From positions 1 to 64,000 of the IMG/VR virus record IMGVR_UViG_3300036715_000875: 64,000 nucleotides of DNA; one strand, written 5' to 3'. Positions within the stretch are counted from its first letter, which is position 1. Every line of letters starts with the position of its first letter. Source of the stretch: a virus. Under the pieces are notes generated by a model, which worked only from the letters and a program-made list of their open reading frames with translations, was not told the DNA's origin and made no database searches. A program made the position numbers and the translations under genes. Below are positions 59,685 to 64,000 of the stretch, piece by piece.

Positions 59685-59814
59685 GAATATACACCCAAGC
59701 ACGTGCGCTACAAAATTGTGAAGGCTTTGGAAGACGTTTGTTATCCTTACCCATCATTGCATTAGTTAATGCTTTGAACTGCATAACCTGTCTTAGCTCA
59801 TCTATCTTATCCAT
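59671..59814 (-). CDS. small hypothetical protein (47 aa; not in ORF track)
   Basis: MDKIDELRQVMQFKALTNAMMGKDNKR...; fills the gap between GNAT and ligase. Confidence 0.45.
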   Translation of the reverse strand: MDKIDELRQVMQFKALTNAMMGKDNKRLPKPSQFCSARAWVYIHANV

Positions 59815-59822
59815 AAGGACCC

Positions 59823-60119
59823 CTAATAATAAATTTCGTGCGCGTGGCGCTGCCAGAAGCCTACTGCTGCAGGTACTGGGTTAAAAGCTAAGACAATGCG
59901 ATCAAGCTGAGTTAATAGGCTGCTGGCGATGCCTTGGCCTCTATACTCTTCTTCTATGAAGATATTAAATACCCTCACATGTAGCTCATCCATTTCAAGC
60001 TCGACTATGCCTACGGAATTTAACCCTAAGAATATCTCATACTCTTCTGTGTCTATATCTCCGAGGGCAGTGGCATTTGTCTGTTGACTACCGAGTTTAA
60101 CTAATTTTATCAAACTCAT
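59823..60119 (-). CDS. GNAT acetyltransferase
   Basis: I.I.EEYRGQGIA..LL acetyl-CoA motif and A.GFW; start ATG 60119. Confidence 0.8.
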   Translation of the reverse strand: MSLIKLVKLGSQQTNATALGDIDTEEYEIFLGLNSVGIVELEMDELHVRVFNIFIEEEYRGQGIASSLLTQLDRIVLAFNPVPAAVGFWQRHAHEIYY

Positions 60120-60309
60120 AATGCCCTCTAATTTTTGCTTGAAAGTACTTACCGTGACTCTCTGCATCCATTAGTTCTGTATAAGTTTCAAACTCAACTT
60201 GGGCGTACTTATAGGTACTACCATTTTTAAACTCAATATATAGAAGCTGCTCATCTTGACTGTAGCCGATAGCTGCGATGTTTGATGACTCTACTTGTTG
60301 TAATTCCAT
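60097..60309 (-). CDS. KTSC domain protein
   Basis: V.SSNI.AIGY....LYIEF.NG..Y.Y..V....Y..LM.A.S.GKYF...IR; SD AGGAGG. Confidence 0.9.
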   Translation of the reverse strand: MELQQVESSNIAAIGYSQDEQLLYIEFKNGSTYKYAQVEFETYTELMDAESHGKYFQAKIRGHYEFDKIS

Positions 60310-60333
60310 TATGAACCTCCTGTGATTTGTATA

Positions 60334-60347
60334 ATTATACCACAAGT
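60334..60347 (-). promoter_or_regulatory. promoter ACTT-GTGG-TATAAT
   Basis: Motif copy; also an extended -10 TGnTATAAT. Confidence 0.8.
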
Positions 60348-60377
60348 TTTCTTAATTTAACTTATACTAGAACTAAA

Positions 60378-61178
60378 TTAAAGGTTTGATATACGCCCTC
60401 TATAGCTCTCTGAAGTCTGAGTACCAAAGTATTGCCTTGTATCAAAATATGAAGTCCCTAGATTAGAGATAATAAATTGTTGACCACTATGGTCACTTAT
60501 TGGAAAGACTTCAGTATAACCCCCATCAGTCCAATAGTCTGCTCCAGCCTTTATTGCGTCTAGCGATGTTGAGTTAGGAATATATGTGTACCAGCGTCTA
60601 AAATTATAATACTGCTCATAATAGTCGTCAACTGCTTCCTTATAAGTGGGATGCCACAGATTATTTGGCCCTACCCAAGAGCCATTTGGAGGTGGAGTGT
60701 ACCCACCAGTATAGTTAGGAGCACCATAATAGTCTTCCATAAATGGGCCTATTATGTCAAACATATTCTCAGTAACTTCAGTAGCAGCGTCACAAAGAGC
60801 CGTAGTGAAATTATACTTTTTAACTTGAGCGTCTATAGATATACCTATTTCACTTATGTCTGTGGATATCCTAATTGTAAGTATATTTGTAGTTACATAT
60901 ACTACTAGTTCACTGACCCCTTTAGAATATAGCCAACAAATAACTCTAGGAGTACCAAAGTGACTTTCAGCGATGCTATAGCTAGGATTGAAAAAATTTG
61001 CAGCAATACCGTGCTTGGCGGTAGCTATATCGTATAGGTATATCCATTCATCGCTAAATATATGATACTTATATATTAATACATTATTAAGCCTAGCCTC
61101 TAGCAACGTATATTGTGCACAAGTAGGCGGTAAGATTAGCGGAATATTCTTATATGTGTTACAATCTAAACAGGCCAT
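60378..61178 (-). CDS. Tyr-rich hypothetical protein
   Basis: 266-aa ORF, SD AAGGA. Confidence 0.65.
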   Translation of the reverse strand: MACLDCNTYKNIPLILPPTCAQYTLLEARLNNVLIYKYHIFSDEWIYLYDIATAKHGIAANFFNPSYSIAESHFGTPRVICWLYSKGVSELVVYVTTNILTIRISTDISEIGISIDAQVKKYNFTTALCDAATEVTENMFDIIGPFMEDYYGAPNYTGGYTPPPNGSWVGPNNLWHPTYKEAVDDYYEQYYNFRRWYTYIPNSTSLDAIKAGADYWTDGGYTEVFPISDHSGQQFIISNLGTSYFDTRQYFGTQTSESYRGRISNL

Positions 61179-61187
61179 TATTTTCCT

Positions 61188-62132
61188 TTACACACAAGGT
61201 TTAGTAGCGCCATCACAGCACTCAGTATAGGTTTCATTCTGCCAGCTTGTATACTGAGAATATATATCTATCCAGTGGTAGTAGTCTATTTTAGTTGGCC
61301 CTGAGATAGAGCTACAAAAACTTGGCTGTACTTCATACCTATCAACCACGAAATATTGATATTGTGCAGTCGGCCCTGAAGGGACTATCACACCATTACA
61401 GCCTAAAATAGCAGCTAGAGAAGCGTTATACCCTGTACTATCAGAGGCCCCAGTACTATTATAGTTAGCTCCAGGGCAAAAGCCCATACCAGCTGATGAT
61501 ACAGAGTATGACCATGAATAATTATAGGTATTACACTGAGTACCATCGGTAGACCGCCAAAGACCCCCGTTATCTGACATCTTAGTTAATGGGCCTACTA
61601 CTCTAGTTCCTGGTTTCTCTCTAGTTAAATCATATCCTGTAATAATAAAATTACCATCACTGAATGTATAAGTACAGTTAGTATTCTTCGAAGGGACTCG
61701 TACTGCTTCATCTTGTAGGAAAAACCTTATACTAGCCTCAGATAAGTTAAGTAGTTCAACTGTCTCCACTTTATAGTTAAAATAGATTAAAGTAACCTTT
61801 TTATCAGTCAAGTTATACCAGTAATAATCTACATTATTAATACATAAATGCTCAGCTAGGAAAGCTCCACACCCAGGGGAGGTACAGTCTGTTGGAGCAC
61901 CCTTAGAATTTTTACAAGGCTCATCATAATCAACTAGGTATAGCTTTTCATAGTCTAAAATACCTAAATCACCCATAGCTTGAGAAAATATAGCGTCATA
62001 GTCACTCATTGGAGCTTCTATCTGCTCAAGTGTAGTAAATTCTTTAGCGCTATTTTCATTAAGCCAAGTTTGGTCTTTAGCTTCTGTAAAGTCTAAGTCT
62101 GAATTAGCATCATCTAGAGGTAAAGAAATCAT
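61188..62132 (-). CDS. Cys-rich hypothetical protein
   Basis: 314-aa ORF with scattered Cys clusters. Confidence 0.65.
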   Translation of the reverse strand: MISLPLDDANSDLDFTEAKDQTWLNENSAKEFTTLEQIEAPMSDYDAIFSQAMGDLGILDYEKLYLVDYDEPCKNSKGAPTDCTSPGCGAFLAEHLCINNVDYYWYNLTDKKVTLIYFNYKVETVELLNLSEASIRFFLQDEAVRVPSKNTNCTYTFSDGNFIITGYDLTREKPGTRVVGPLTKMSDNGGLWRSTDGTQCNTYNYSWSYSVSSAGMGFCPGANYNSTGASDSTGYNASLAAILGCNGVIVPSGPTAQYQYFVVDRYEVQPSFCSSISGPTKIDYYHWIDIYSQYTSWQNETYTECCDGATKPCV

Positions 62133-62371
62133 ATATCTTCTCTTTTACCAGCTGTATTTCTTAGTTTAGCCATAGCTGTATCAACTATTCGCCATATCCG
62201 CTGTCTTGATACCTGAACTATATCAGCTATATCCTCTACTTCATACTCTTTTGGCATTATAGAAATATCTAATGAACAGTTACCTTTTTTATTTCTATAC
62301 TGACAAAACCGTGAATTACAGGCTAGAGAGTCAGGAAGACTCTCAGGACATAGATCAATTGGCTTTAGCAT
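62129..62371 (-). CDS. stand-alone sigma70 region 4.2 HTH with N-terminal Cys4 motif
   Basis: EVEDIADIVQVSRQRIWRIVDTAMAKLR resembles TLEE.G....V.RERIRQI...A..KLR. Confidence 0.75.
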   Translation of the reverse strand: MLKPIDLCPESLPDSLACNSRFCQYRNKKGNCSLDISIMPKEYEVEDIADIVQVSRQRIWRIVDTAMAKLRNTAGKREDI

Positions 62372-62684
62372 CTGACTCGCCAGCAGTTGTACCCATAATT
62401 TGGGCAGTTAGTTTTTCAAGGGAGTAATCCTTGTTTTCTACTGCAAAGCGAATCATCGTAAGCTCTTCAAGAAGCTCAGGATTATTTAGGCCAAGGCGGC
62501 TAACAAGCTTACTGATAAGCAACTTAATTGGAAAGTTATCCTTATTTGTATTCAAAAGCTGTAAGCTTTCACCAACAAGGGAAAGACCCTCAATAAACAT
62601 CTCATAAGCATCTTTTGTTGATACTTCCTCATCCGCTACTTGTACAGTATTATCTACTGGTACTAACTCTTCATCTTTTGGCAT
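62355..62684 (-). CDS. hypothetical protein
   Basis: SD AAGGA; 109 aa. Confidence 0.6.
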   Translation of the reverse strand: MPKDEELVPVDNTVQVADEEVSTKDAYEMFIEGLSLVGESLQLLNTNKDNFPIKLLISKLVSRLGLNNPELLEELTMIRFAVENKDYSLEKLTAQIMGTTAGESDAKAN

Positions 62685-62694
62685 TTTTGTTCCT

Positions 62695-63357
62695 TTATGG
62701 TATTAAGATTGATGATCTAAAAGATCTATTTTTATGGATATCTATTGTATACGCGTATACTCTAGCTCCAGAAGCTCTAGCTGAGCTAAATGTAGCAGAG
62801 TTAAGTGCACCTGTATTAGCAGCTGTACCTGTAGCTAACGTTGTACCGTCCTCAGCCTCTATAACATAAGCGGACGGGGTGCTTAGGGTTATACTAACAT
62901 TTATTGAAGTGGGCGAGCTAAGAACTGGTCCAGCTTTTGTAATCTGAGCGAGATTAGGAATATTTACAGTAGTTAAGACTTCTACAGTTCCATTATCCGT
63001 GAATACTATCTCAGTATTACTGATTGACTTTATCTTTTTTAGCCCAAATGTTAGTACATTAGTTCCCTTTAAGGTAAACGAACTAGTCCCTATGTATAAA
63101 TCAGGATTTCCTAGAGTTGCGTCAAAAATAATAGGTAGATCAGAAGTTTTAACCCCTACCTGTAAAGCTCCTGAAGCATCTAGCACTTTACCAATCTTAG
63201 ACAAAGCTGCATAGTTTAACCAGAAAGTCTCTACACCAGAACCTCTATTAATGGCTACACCTAGCGCTGAAGGACTAATAACTACTTCTCTAGTTACTAG
63301 TGGGTCTGTAGCAAAAGCTGCGTGAGAAAGACTTCTAAGGAGAATACCTGCATACAT
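62695..63357 (-). CDS. hypothetical beta-rich protein, possibly structural
   Basis: SD GAGGTG; Ig-like C-terminus. Confidence 0.6.
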   Translation of the reverse strand: MYAGILLRSLSHAAFATDPLVTREVVISPSALGVAINRGSGVETFWLNYAALSKIGKVLDASGALQVGVKTSDLPIIFDATLGNPDLYIGTSSFTLKGTNVLTFGLKKIKSISNTEIVFTDNGTVEVLTTVNIPNLAQITKAGPVLSSPTSINVSITLSTPSAYVIEAEDGTTLATGTAANTGALNSATFSSARASGARVYAYTIDIHKNRSFRSSILIP

Positions 63358-63385
63358 TTTTACACCTCTGGTTAACTGAAATTTT

Positions 63386-63399
63386 ATTATACTACAAGT
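63386..63399 (-). promoter_or_regulatory. promoter ACTT-GTAG-TATAAT
   Basis: Motif copy. Confidence 0.75.
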
Positions 63400-63403
63400 A
63401 GGC

Positions 63404-64000
63404 TTAGCTATACTTGTTAAACTCTTTACCCACTATAAGCTCTTTGGTAGCCAACTTTGTAAGGTCACTTATTAAAGAGTAAGAAGTGATATTATACACC
63501 CCTTCGTGTTTCCATACCATTGTTGCCCAGTAGTCTATGCCATTAATAATGATTCTGCCTGCTAGCTTAGCTTCTGATCTAGCTATTTCTATAGTATTAA
63601 AGTTATTGGTGGTATATATTGTGGCTATACTTGCACGCTTTTTAATTATCACAGGTATTGTAGCGTTTATTAAGGCTCCCTTAATCTGAACTATTGTTGT
63701 AGAAAGTATATCAATAGCTACTCCATTAAGCTTCCATACACCAGGGTCATAGCTTGAGGCTACTACAGATACTGAAGTACTATAGTCTCCATTTATAGCA
63801 TTAGCAAATGATACAATAGGGGTAGCTTCAACTTCACTTAATGGAGGTGTTTCAAAGTAATAGAAGCCATTAGCATCATAGTATATATTTTCTCCTCCCC
63901 TAATTACGTTTAAGTTTCCTATAACTGGAAGTTTTATAGCTGCAACACTTACGTAGCCCTGTAAAATAGCTATAAAATCTTCAGGTAAGATATTATGATT
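63404..64000 (-). CDS. 3' part of a longer hypothetical protein (5' end outside the window)
   Basis: Frame is open from 64000 to the stop at 63404; the track's GTG start at 63652 is internal. Confidence 0.7.
   Translation of the reverse strand, partial: NHNILPEDFIAILQGYVSVAAIKLPVIGNLNVIRGGENIYYDANGFYYFETPPLSEVEATPIVSFANAINGDYSTSVSVVASSYDPGVWKLNGVAIDILSTTIVQIKGALINATIPVIIKKRASIATIYTTNNFNTIEIARSEAKLAGRIIINGIDYWATMVWKHEGVYNITSYSLISDLTKLATKELIVGKEFNKYS

Noticed and set aside
1-64000. TAG stop-codon recoding, suggested by the TAG richness
   Set aside because: Core genes are full length under the standard code, and several end at TAG (e.g. 35248, 39583, 42872).

Overview
The window is part of an AT-rich tailed dsDNA phage genome, probably a long-tailed siphovirus. 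The host may belong to Campylobacterota (weak inference from AAGGA-type RBSs, -35-less TATAAT promoters and a Campylobacter-type dimeric dUTPase). There are three blocks. (i) 1-4600: small minus-strand 'early' genes with strong SD sequences. (ii) After a non-coding divergence region that may hold the cos/pac site (4620-5074), a plus-strand virion module (5075-42872): lambda-GpA-like terminase, portal, protease/scaffold, capsid, tail tube, a -1 frameshifted tail chaperone, a 3702-aa tape measure protein, tail tip and fibres, a lysis cassette, and a second accessory structural operon. (iii) A minus-strand replication and nucleotide module (42861-64000): SbcCD, RecU-like resolvase, DHFR, dCMP deaminase, thymidylate-synthase homolog, PolA, 5' exonuclease, dNMP kinase, sigma factor, SNF2 helicase, primase-helicase, dUTPase, ligase, GNAT and KTSC. 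Most notable observations: (1) a ~225-nt non-coding array of seven hairpins (57997-58221) whose minus-strand loops and linkers are antisense to the ribosome-binding sites of several of the phage's own early genes, a candidate multi-target anti-SD sRNA; (2) a TS homolog with the dCMP-specificity Asp, next to DHFR, dCMP deaminase and a kinase, suggesting a 5-methyl-dCMP pathway; (3) a sigma factor that lacks region 4.2, while a stand-alone region 4.2 gene lies 9 kb away, together with a five-copy ACTT-N4-TATAAT promoter motif. All calls come from reading the sequence by eye; no searches were run.
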